In this document: positions 52,598 to 63,154 of the stretch, piece after piece
Position numbering within the stretch: the stretch's first letter is position 1
Layout of the letters: each line of letters starts with the position of its first letter
Assembly: GCA_963786645.1 (NCBI GenBank)
Contig: CAWAZW010000003.1
Location: 6,410 to 70,409, forward strand
From: Blastocatellia bacterium
GTDB lineage: Bacteria > Acidobacteriota > Blastocatellia > Pyrinomonadales > Pyrinomonadaceae
DNA length: 64,000 bases
Direction: 5' to 3'
Translations under genes and position numbers: made by a program
Notes under the pieces: generated by a model
What the model saw: only the letters and a program-made list of their open reading frames with translations
The model's database searches: none
What the model was told of the DNA's origin: nothing

Positions 52598-54740
52598 CTA
52601 TCTGCCTGCCTGCTTCTGTGGCGCTGCCAGAGTCTTGACTTGTGCCTTCCACGCCGCTGGGGTCATATGTTTAAGCCCGTGTAATTCGGAGGCCGCGATC
52701 ACGAGTTGTCGGACGGTCGGGATGATTGGGAATTCCAGCCCGCCTTTGGGATTGGCGGCCTGATCGAGAGCAGCGAGTCTTGCGTTGCGCCACTCAGGCG
52801 CCGGAGATACGCCCCGAGAAATGTAGGACAGCGCTTCCAGTCCAATCGTTCCCAACTCACTTAAGTCTTTCGCCAGTGGCCTCGCTTCGTGCAGAGCCGG
52901 TGACCTGTCGATCATCGCTTCCAATTCGGGGCCCGCGTTGCGCCACTGCGTGAGGGTATTTCTGAACCTGTTGCGAGTGAGCCTCGAAACGTGGAGCGTC
53001 CGAGAGCAGACCATCAACGGTCGCGGCGAAGCGTCGCGCTACGTCGCTGTCCGGGCGCGCCGCGTCGATGAGGCCAGTAAGCGGGCTGAGCATAGTTTGC
53101 GGTCTCTGCTGGTTGCGCCTGTATTCCTTGACTGGCTCGACGACGGACACCAGCGTTTGAAGCGGGCCGATTTCTCTGCCCTGGGCCAACCGTCTGAGCA
53201 GCATCGCCTGGTTCTTCTCGTGTGTCAGACCAACTTCCTCGAGCCGCAAGCTCGTTACGGCGAGACGCCGGTACATATCGTCAATGTCCGTGACTGTGCG
53301 CGGCGACCAGAGGCGCTCTGCAATCGCTGCGGTGCGCGGCCATATACGAGAGTCTATCGTGTCAGGAGTAACCCACTCGCTCCACATCGTCGCCTCGCCC
53401 CCGAGAACGTGCGCGGCCTCGGCTGCGGTCAGTGTGCTGTCGGCCGGAATGGGATCAACGACGTAGTGCTGCGAGGTGGGGAAGATCAGATCAATGTAAT
53501 ACCCGGCAGAGAGAACACCTTTGTAGCCTTTCTTCGCTGCCTCCGCGAGTGCGCCCGGGCCGCGCCATGAGTGAATGACGACCTCTTGCGGCAAATCGGG
53601 CTGAAAGATTTCGTCCCAGCCCATCATGATCTTTCCGTGCTTCTTGAGAATCTGCAGCACACGCTTGTTGAAGTAAGTTTGAAGTGCGTGATTGTCTTTG
53701 ATGCCCTTCGACTTCATGAAGGCCTGGATTTGCGGGTTGCGGTCCCACTGCTTGCCCTCGTTCTCATCGCCACCGATGTGCAGGTAAGCGTCGGGGAAGA
53801 GCGCTGCCATCTCGCCAAAAAACGTGTCGAGAAATTTGTAGACTTCTTCGCGAGTGGGGTCTAGCGCCGGCTCGAAGATTCCGGGCTTACGTTCAATCGT
53901 GTAGGGACCGGGCGCACTACCGAGCTCGGGATGAGCGACAAGCCAACTCGTAGCATGGCCGGGGAGGTCAAACTCAGGGACTACGCGGATGCCGCGCTCT
54001 CGTGCGTAAGCGATGATCTCTCTCACTTGATCCTGCGTGTAGAACAGGCCATCGGAGCCAAGCTGGTGGAGGCGTGGGAATTTTTTGCTTTCGATGCGGA
54101 AGCCCTGGTCTTCCGTCAGGTGCCAGTGAAAGACATTGAGTTTCACTGCGGCCATCCCATCGAGATTGCGCTTCAAAACCTCCATCGGTTGAAAATGGCG
54201 AGCAACGTCGATCAGCAGGCCACGCCAGGGGAAGCGCGGGCGATCCTGAATCTGAACGGCGGGGACGAAATAGCCGTCACGATCACTATCGAGTAGTTGC
54301 AGGAACGTCTCGAGCCCACGCAGAACGCCGACGCTGGTTGGGGCCTTCAAAACTGCCTGCGTGTGCGCCACTTCGAGCGTGTAGGATTCGTCTTCATTGA
54401 CCGAAGGCACTGCCTTTCCCGGCCCGCCGGATTCCACCACTAGCGTGGCTGTTGTGGTATCGGCTGCCAGACCACGCGCCAATTCCATGACAGTGCGAGC
54501 TTCAATGCGTCGCACTGCACGGTCTATCCCAGCCTGAAGGCGAGGATCGACCTGACCTCTGACGGCAACCGTGAAAGATTTGCTTATAGGAAGTTTACCG
54601 GGGTTAAAACGCGCCGACAGGGGTACCGGCATCAGGTTGTGCTGAGGGGGAGCCGGTGTGGTCGCGGCCCCGGACTGAGCGTAAGCACTACTTGCGCAAA
54701 ATAAAGACAGAATAAGTGAAAGGTAATTTCTTGCTCTCAT
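52598..54740 (-). CDS. GH20 beta-N-acetylhexosaminidase (1 frameshift near 52950)
   Basis: Fragments 52857-54740 and 52598-53017. It has a signal peptide. Motifs are RGLLIDVARHF, NVFHWHLTEDQGFRIE and the catalytic LHIGGDENEG. Confidence 0.85.
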
Positions 54741-54811
54741 GTGTTCCTCGATAAAAGCGGGGGTTGGATGCGGTTCCAGTGGCGTTTTGAGCGTGCAGTT
54801 TCGCCTATCAT

Positions 54812-54853
54812 GTTACTGATACGGCGTAAGTTACCGTGTCATACTTAAGTTAC
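54812..54853. promoter_or_regulatory. direct GTTAC/TAAGTTAC repeats upstream of the GH20 gene (candidate regulator site)
   Basis: atGTTAC (54810-54816), TAAGTTACcg (54827-54836) and TAAGTTACtg (54846-54855). The spacing is 18-19 bp. The sites lie 72-113 bp upstream of the GH20 start at 54740. Confidence 0.25.
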
Positions 54854-55144
54854 TGAAATGAACATCGGCAAAAGCTAACGTGCTAGTCAAAACAACTCAA
54901 ATTATATGCACATCGAGATTGAGGCCGACCTTGCACAACCAGCCTCTTAAGCTCGACACACCTCAGCGCCGAAAGACTTTTCCGATTTGGAGCCCTCTTG
55001 CCGAACGTCATGATCAAGTCACTTTTAGGGATTTTTTCGCCATGCTGGAGCCGAGAGTAGCTGCGGCAGGATATCGCCTACGCATCGATCCAGCCCCTCG
55101 CGGACAGGCTAATGTCGCGCTTCTGGACTGAGAATGCGCCAGCT

Positions 55145-57572
55145 TCACTTCAATTCGAACTTATCCTTCAGTCCGCCAATCATCACCTCGAATTCGCCTG
55201 GCTCGACAACGGGTTTGTTATTAGCGCCGATGAATGAGAGATCATCCCGGCGCAACTTGAAGGTCAACGTTCGACTCTGGCCCGGCTCCAAATAAACCTT
55301 GGCGAAACGCTTCAACCTTTTTCCCGAGGGCGATAGGGAAGCGACCAAATCACTCACATACAGATGGATAACTTCCTTGCCAGCACGACGACCGCTGTTT
55401 GCGACAGTAATACTGACTGAAACCTCCTGGTTTCCGGTTATCTCCTTTTGGCTCAGTCGCAGATCGCTATAGGCGAACGTTGTGTAGCTCAATCCCTGGC
55501 CGAATTCGAACTGCGGCTTGAAGGCCATGTTGCCAAAGGCCGTTTGCTCTGTTTCGAAAGGTTTGTGATCGTAGGTAATCAAACCATTTGGCGTGCGCGG
55601 GTAGGTAAAGGGAAGTTTTCCCGAAGGATTCACGTCGCCAAATAGAACATCGGCAACCGCCTGTCCTCCCTCATTGCCCGGGTTGTACGCCATCAACACA
55701 GCGCCGGCTTTATCGACAATGCGATTGATGATTCGAGGGCGTCCCTCCACTAGCACGAGCACTACCGGTTTGCCTGTGGCTTCAATGGCTTCGGCAAGCC
55801 TCAGTTGTGGTTCACCAAGGGTCAAGTCAGTAACATTGCCCGGAGTCTCAGTGTAGGATCCTTCGCCTAAACAGATCACGACTACATCTGCGGAGCCGGC
55901 GGCGCGCACGGCCGCCGGTATATCGACTTCCGCTTCGACGTCAGTCGGAGTGCTATTTGACGGAGATCCCGCGAGGACGCGTTATCTTCGTGCCCGGTAC
56001 GTACGTAACGTTTGGTTTCCCGACCTTCGCTTCGATTGCGGCCCGAATAGTCGGGCGGTCTTTCGGGTAAAGCGATTCTTCGGAACCCTGCCAGACATAG
56101 CTCCAGCCGTTATTGAGGGAGATCATTGAGTCAGCCGTTGGACCAGTGACGAGCACCTTTCGATCTTTTGCCAGCGGCAACAGGTTGTTTGTATTTTTCA
56201 GCAGCGTCATCGATTCATGGGCTGCCTGCAAGCTGGCCTGTCGCGATGCGGGTAACCCGATCTTTGACTTGAGGGCTGGATCGGGTGTTGGCTTCTCAAA
56301 AAGTCCTAACTCAAATTTCACTCTCAAAATTCGCCGTACGGCTTCATCAATTCGCGATTGCGGCACTGCGCCTTCCTTAACCAACGCGATCAGATGGTCA
56401 GCGAAACTGTAATCGAGCGGCACCATACTCATGTCGTTGCCGGCCATCACGGCCATCCGAGTCGCTTCCTTCTCAGTGGCCGCGACGCGCCAGATGGTTA
56501 CTAGTTTCTTGATGTCTTCCCAGTCAGTAACTACGAATCCCTTGAAGCCGAGTTCATCGCGCAGAATGCCTGTCAACAGATGATGATTAATGTGCCCAGG
56601 AACGCCGTTGATCTCCCCGGAGTTGACCATCACGGTGCGCGCGCCAGCTTTGACGGCAGCATCGAATGGCGGAAGAAAATATTCGCGCAGGTAGTTTTCC
56701 GGGATCCAGGCAGGAGTCCGATCTCTTCCGGTTAGTGGGAAACTGTAGCCCATGTAGTGTTTCAGACTTGAAGCTACGTGGTCCTGCGAAGAAATGTCCA
56801 TCCCTTCTAAACCTCGAACGAAGGCAACGCCCAGGACCCTGGCAAGGTAAGGATCTTCGCCGAACGTTTCCCAGAAACGTGGCCAAAGGGGACTGCGACC
56901 TACATCGAGTACCGGCGAAAAACTCCAGGGAATACCGACAGCGCGCGTTTCCATCGCGGCGATCTCAGAGCCGCGCTTCATTAACTCAGGATTCCAGGTT
57001 GCGGCCATCCCGATCTCCTGCGGAAAGAGAGTTGCGCCCTGTACGTAGGTTGCGCCGTGAATCGAGTCGATCCCGTAGATAACCGGAATACCGAGCCGGG
57101 TCTTTTTTGTGGCGGCCTCTTGAATTTGCCCGATTACCTCATGCCACTTGTCGGGCGTGAGTGCTTGATCGGCGACGTTAAGAATGGATCCCACGCCATA
57201 GCGCACGATCGCCTTGTCGAGTTTTGCCGGGTCGATCTGAATATTCTGATCTTGCCCGGTGACAATCATACTGAGCGTTAGCTGAGTCATCTGGCCCACC
57301 TTCTCTTCAAGCGTCATGCGCTTAATGAGGGCCTCGATTTTTTGCGAATTGTCGCGCTCCGGTCCGGTCTTAATGGCGTTCCGAAAGAATTCGTCACTGT
57401 CGTTTATGTCTGCGGAAACCGGCCCGCGACCGTCTGCCGCTGGGCCTTGTCCGGCCGCCCCGTTCATACTCGTTTGCTTCGCATCAGCGGTGGAAGTGTC
57501 GGCCTTTTGAACCGGCAGACCGAGGCATATAGAAAGCGTAACAACCGCCAAAGCAATTGCAGTTTTTCTCAT
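55145..57572 (-). CDS. GH3 beta-glucosidase (BglX type; 1 frameshift near 55950)
   Basis: Fragments 55953-57572 and 55145-55909. It has a signal peptide. Motifs are MTLEEKVGQMTQL, GIDSIHG, KHYMGYS, GFVVTDWEDI and an Fn3-like C-terminus ending EPGEFEVMIGG. Confidence 0.85.
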
Positions 57573-57729
57573 GGATTTGTTTTTCCTTCGGGATTGGATC
57601 AGCGGAGCGGGCGTATTCTAGCATCCGGACTATGAACTCGGGGTAGCGGGTCGGTTTTTATTAGCCAGCAGGTTCAGCTAGTCAGAACATAGACCCACCC
57701 GCTACCGCAGGTGGTACTGACATAACTGC

Positions 57730-57765
57730 TGCCACACAGCACCTCAATTGCCACACAGCACCTCA
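57730..57765. repeat. perfect 17-bp direct repeat, 19-bp period
   Basis: tgccacacagcacctca occurs at 57730-57746 and again at 57749-57765. It sits between the YdjC-like stop and the GH3 start. Confidence 0.5.
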
Positions 57766-57776
57766 TCGCATGCGCG

Positions 57777-58749
57777 CTACCGCGACGGATCGGGTTTATG
57801 TATTCGCTTACTGATTTCGCGCCAGGTAACCAGCTTAACGTTGTTCTCTTGAAGCAGCTTGCGGAAAGCCTCACTGGTAACAAACTGGAAATCGCGTTGC
57901 CGCCATTCAGAACCCCAATCGGGATGTTCAAATGCCAACCCTCTCATTTCTTCATCGTCATATGCGAGATGCACGATCATTTCCGTGATACCAGGCTGAA
58001 TCTTTCTTATTGCGTCGGCGTAGAACTTCGGCCAGCCCTCGGCGGAGACTCCGGGTTCGATGCTAATGATGCTGTTCATCACCACATCATCAGGGCCCAG
58101 CAACGAAGGGAGAAAGGGTGCCGAGGCAAACCATTCTTTCGAGACTCTAATCAAGTAACTTGTTGTCCCTTGATACTCGGAAGAAGGTCTCAAACAACGC
58201 TTGAGTTTGGTAAAGCGTACCCATGTGAGAATCGAGGTGAGTAGGTTCGATACCCAAAGCTTTGGCGCGCGCAATTTGTGCACGAATCTCAGCTTCGGCT
58301 TCCTTGGGGTCAATGTGGGCGGCAGCTTCTGTTTCCGTCGGGTACAAGTAACCGCTGCTATCCAGAAGAGAAGGGACTCGCTCTTTTGCCAGAACGGGAC
58401 CCCAACGGTAATGTTTCCATTCGCTGGTGAGCGTCAGGTGCAATCCCAGGTCGGCTTCAGGATGGGTTCGCGCGTAAGCAGCTATTTCGGGTAGCCAGGG
58501 GCATGGAATCATGATGCTGGCGGAACTAACCAATCGGCTTTCCAATCCTTTGATCGAAGCCGCGTTAATGGAGTGGGCCATTCCCAGGTCGTCCGCATGC
58601 ACGATGAGCAGTTTTGCATCCTGTGGGTAACCCAGTCGTTCTAAGAGAGTCTTCACGTCCGCGGGAAACGCAGGTCGTGAAGGTTGTGCTGAGGTAGGCG
58701 CTGCAAAAAGCAGGCACGCGAGAATTGCGATTGAGGCTTTTATTTTCAT
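57777..58749 (-). CDS. YdjC/ChbG-family carbohydrate deacetylase, secreted (1 frameshift near 58150)
   Basis: Fragments 58147-58776 and 57777-58313. Motifs are LIVHADDLGMAHSIN, DLGLHLTLTSEW and THLDSHMG. The start is ATG 58749 after AAGGTGAG. The signal peptide is MKIKASIAILACLLFAAPTSAQ. Confidence 0.8.
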
Positions 58750-58799
58750 GGTTCTCACCTTGCCGACGCGGTTCACAAGAAGTCTTAAAAAATAAATAG

Positions 58800-58980
58800 G
58801 CGGCTCTGCCGCTTCCGATGCGGTAAGCCTATGGCTTACCGGAAAAGGCCTTGTGCCTCCGAGGCTATGCCTCCACGTTTATGCTGAAACCTATAGTTAA
58901 GCGGCGGAGGCGAAGCCTCAAAGAGCGATACCGTCTTTCGGTAGGCCATAGGCTTACCGCACCAAACGCGGCAAAGCCGC
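58800..58980. repeat. 181-bp nested palindromic element built from triloop hairpins (expanded copy of the GCGGC-N3-GCCGC REP family)
   Basis: The terminal arms are gcggctctgccgc (58800-58812) and gcggcaaagccgc (58968-58980), identical to the arms at 49315-49351. The interior hairpins are cggtaagcc-tat-ggcttaccg (58821-58841), gaggc-tat-gcctc (58861-58873), gaggc-gaa-gcctc (58907-58919) and ggtaggcc-ata-ggcttacc (58940-58958). Confidence 0.55.
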
Positions 58981-58990
58981 CGCTGCCGGG

Positions 58991-61541
58991 TTACTGCCCC
59001 GTTGCAGCTTGAGAGAAATTGAGTTTCCCGCGCAGTGCAATCTGTGCGGAAGACGGGCCCACGAGCACCTCAAAATCTCCAGGCTCAACGCGCCATTGCT
59101 TTGCGTCTACATCGTAATACGAAAGGGCGCGTTGGTTTAGCATTACCTTCACCCGTTTCGTCTCACCTGGTTTCAATTCAACCTTTGCAAAGCCCCGTAG
59201 TTCCTTTGCCGGGCGTGACACTTTTGAGTGGACGTCGCCGACATAAACTTGAGCTACTTCGGCGCCGGCCCGTTTCCCCGTGTTGCTAACATCAAACGAC
59301 ACTTCAGCCCACCAAAATTCGGGACTGCCGCCTTTGGTGGTCCCCTGTGTGATCGACAGGTTGCGGTAGTCAAAACTTGTGTAAGAAAGACCGTGCCCGA
59401 AAGGGAATTGGGGCTTCGTGCCTTTCTTTTCGTAGCCGCGGTAACCAACGAAAACCCCTTCCTTGTATACGACCTTGTTCGTGCCTGCGGGCGGATAATA
59501 ATTGTCGCTGACTGGATTGTCTTCCCAGCGGCGTTCAAAAGTAACCGGCAAACGACCTGAGGGGTTTACGTCGCCGAAGACAACCTCGGGTAACGCGGTC
59601 CCGCCTTCCTGTCCCGGATACCAAGTCTGGATGACGGCCGGCACACGAGCAAGCCAACCATTCATGTCGACGTTACCGCCAGCAGTAAGAACGACAATCG
59701 TATTTTTGTTTGCCGCGGCGATTGCCTTTATCAATTCGTCCTGTCCTGGCGGAAGCGCAAACGTCCTGTCGGCGCCTTCGCTTTCGGTCTCAGGATCGAA
59801 ACCCGCCGCAACTACCACCACGTCGGCTTTGGCTGCGAGTTTCTTCGCTTCCTCACTTACGACGGTTCCGTGACGCACGATTCCGAATTGCATACGCGTG
59901 CCAAGCCACCTGCGATCTCCCGTGCTGCTCCAGCACGACTTTATGGGGAGTTGGGCCGAGTGAGAGCCTGGTCTGGCCCACTGCTGCCCTGGACGTGGTC
60001 CAATTGTCGGAGATGAGTTTGTCGTCGAGGTAGAGACGATAAAACCCGCCGTCTTCTCCGGTGGAGGCGACAAAGATGTCGTAGTCGCCGGCCTCTTTCG
60101 GCACATAGTAACCAGTCCATCGCGTGGAGAGCGTTCCGGCTGGGTAGTCGGCGCGAGTCCCGGCTCTGAAGTTCACATGCTCATCAGTGCGCATCACCGA
60201 CGGCGTTCCTTGTAGGTCCTTGCTGCTAAAATATTCCGCAATAAGACCCGGCTTTCCTCCAGTCTTAGCCGTAGAAAAATTTGTCGCCTCGGCCATCTCA
60301 CTCAGGGAAGGTAGTCCACGCGCGTAATACACAGGAATCGACGTGCCCAGATAATTACTTAAGCCTTGCAGATAGCTGGTTGCGACAAATGGTTCAACGC
60401 GGCCACTGCCGCCGCCGACGGGAACCGCTGGGTGGGCGTCAGGACCAATGAGGGCGACGGATCTGATCCTGGCCTTACTTAGAGGTAACAAACCGCCTTC
60501 ATTCTTCAACAGCACCTGGCTCTCACGCGCAGCTTCGAGCGCCACGCTGCGGCCGTGCTGGTTGTAACGCGGGATAGATATGTCTGTCTGTTCGCGGTCG
60601 AGCCAGCCGAATCGAATTGCCGTCCGCAGGATGCGGCGCACCTTTTCATCAATGGTGGCAACCGCGACTTTGCCCTGCTGAATCGCAGGAAGGAGCGTCT
60701 CCCGATTCATGTGCGCGCCTGAGGGCATCTCGAGATCCAAGCCGCCGTTCGCTGCCGCCACACCGTCGTAGGTCCCGAACCAGTCGGACATCATGATTCC
60801 TGAGAAGTCCCAATCTTTCCGGGCCACGTCTGTGTTTAAGTATCCGCTTTGACTAACGTGCGTGCCATTGGTGAGGTTGTAGGAATTCATGATCGCGCCC
60901 ACCTGCGCTTCCTTAACCGCCGCCTCGAATACGGGCAGATAGATCTCGCGCATGGTGCGCTCGTCAATTACGGAGTCCGTGTTGTGGCGGTCAAACTCGG
61001 AGTTGTTGCCGATGAAATGTTTGATAGTGGCGCTGACACCCTGGCTTTGCACGCCTTTGATGTATCCGACGGCAATGCGCGAAGCGAGAAACGGATCTTC
61101 GCCAAAGTATTCGAAATTCCGGCCATTCATCGGCGCACGATAGATATTCACGCCGGGGCCCAGCAGGAAGTGGACGCCTTTGGCCCTCGCATCTCGTCCG
61201 AGTTGGATTCCCACCTGCTCTGCCAGGGCTGGATTCCAGGTAGCCGCCAGTGCGATTCCTGCGGCCATGGCGGTCGCTGGTCCATAGTTACGCACGCCGA
61301 GTGGACCATCGGCCATTTTCAATTTCGGCAGCCCAAGCCGCGGCATGCCGCGGATGGAAAAGCCTTCAACGCCTCCCAGCATGTCGATCTTTTCCTCAAG
61401 CGTCATTTGCTTGAGCAGCGACTCGACGCGGCGTTCAATTGCGGACGACGAATTTCGTGGCGGCGATGTTTGCGCTATCCCCGAAACGACATTCAGGCAG
61501 AGAATTAAGAGAACAGCAAAAGCCGAACAGCGGTTTGGCAT
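58991..61541 (-). CDS. GH3 beta-glucosidase with inserted PA14 domain (1 frameshift at about 59915)
   Basis: Fragments 59853-61697 and 58991-60106. The start is ATG 61541 (MPNRCSAFAVLLILCLNVVSGIAQ). Motifs are MTLEEKIDMLGG, KHFIGNN and IMMSDW. The PA14-like segment reads GLIAEYFSSKDLQGTP...WTGYYVPKEAGDYDIFV...YRLYLDDKLISDNW. The C-terminal domain is Fn3-like. Confidence 0.85.
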
Positions 61542-61776
61542 AGCGTTTTGAAGGTCTGCCGCGCCAGTGTTAGTGCTGGCGCTGGATGGCGGCCGGGCAA
61601 ACGGCCCTTCCTTCTCTTGTGGATTAAAAACCCTTTGCGGAGTGGAGAAATTGTATGATGCTGCTTTATTGTGGTCAATCTTCAAGAGCTGAGGCATGAG
61701 CTATAACAATCTTGCTCGTCTGGAGCAACGATAGAACAGTCGCAGCTCGGATTCAGCTGGTTTTTCTTTCCAAAAT

Positions 61777-63124
61777 ATGAAGCCGCTAAAAATTGGGATC
61801 ACAGGTGTGCGCGGTATTGTCGGCCAGACCTTCACACCTGAAGTTGCAGTAGGGTTCTCGCAGGCGTTCGGCACTTATCTCGATGGCGGACGCATCCTGG
61901 TTGGTCGCGACACCCGCGCCTCCGGGCCCATGGTTCGTGCGGCAGTCATCTCCGGATTGCTTGCCGCGGGTTGTGAAGTGATCGATGTGGGAGTTTCTCC
62001 GACACCAAGCCTGCAGCTAGCAGTTAAATGGCTCAAAGCAGATGGTGGCATTGCAATCACCGCCGGTCACAATCCCTCCCAGTGGAACGCGCTGAAATTT
62101 GTGCGCGATGACGGACTTTACTTAAATCCCACCGAGGCCGAAGAACTCCTGGACATATTTCACCAGGGCGAGTTTGCTAAGGCGACCTGGGACCAGATAG
62201 ACCCTAAGATCCACCTTCAGGATCCCATAGACCACCATATCGAATTACTCAATGCTGTTTTTGACGTTGAGTCGATCAGGCGTCGCCGTTTGAAGGTGGC
62301 GGTCGATTGCTGTAACGGTGCGTGTTCTCGATTGATTCCTCGTTGGCTACAGCAGATCGGTTGCGAGGTGTTGGCGATAAATGACGATCCCACAGCACCG
62401 TTTCCTCATCCGCCCGAACCAAAACCGGAGACCATGGCGCAACTCAGCGCGGTTGTTAAGGCGGGCGGCGCGGACGTTGGTTTCGCCCATGATGCTGACG
62501 GCGAGAGACTGGGAATTGTTACCGAGTCCGGCGAATCACTTTCAGAGGAGTTGACCTTCGCCCTGGCAACCCGGATTCGTCTTGAGCAGAAGACAGGAAC
62601 TGTCGTGACGAATGTTTCGACCACGAGCGCCATCGAGCAGATTGCTGCAGCTTATGGTGGCACCGTTGTACGCACGCCGGTCGGACAAACCTACATCTCT
62701 CAGGGTATGACCGAACTCAACGGTGTTATCGGCGGGGAAGGCAGTGGTGGTGTCACTGTTCCCGAAATACATTCGACTCATGATAGTGCCGCCGCTGTCG
62801 GTCTGATTCTCGAAGGACTTGCGCGCAGCGGCGCCCCCGTCTCCCGATATCGTTCAAGATCTGCCCAGGATGACGATGCTGAAGTACAACCTTCCCGTCG
62901 AACCTAATCGACTCTATTCAGTGTTGCAGAGTTTCCGCGTGGCCATCGAGCGTGAGCAGGTAGCATATGACTTAACTGACGGTATTCGAGTGGTGTTACC
63001 GCAGGGCTGGATACACGTGAGGGCCTCCAACACAGAATCCATGATTCGCGTCATTGTAGAAGCTGAGGATGCGAAGGACGCGCAAAACCTGCTCGACTGG
63101 GTGCGGGATCGATTGAATAGGTGA
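61777..63124 (+). CDS. alpha-D-phosphohexomutase family protein, non-canonical active site TAGHNP (1 frameshift at C5 62834-62838)
   Basis: Fragments 61777-62907 and 62819-63124. It has GVRGIVG and GIAITAGHNP, where the usual phosphoserine is Gly (codon GGT 62065-62067). The metal loop reads HDADGERLG. Confidence 0.8.
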
Positions 63125-63154
63125 TTAACAGAACGGCAAAGACGGACTAAATTC

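Noticed and set aside
54880-55131. 83-aa plus-strand ORF in the 400-bp spacer between the GH3 and GH20 genes.
   Set aside because: It is opposite in direction to both neighbours and has no convincing RBS. It has no signal peptide or TM and no family resemblance. The spacer is better explained as the GH20 promoter/operator region. It cannot be excluded as a small gene.
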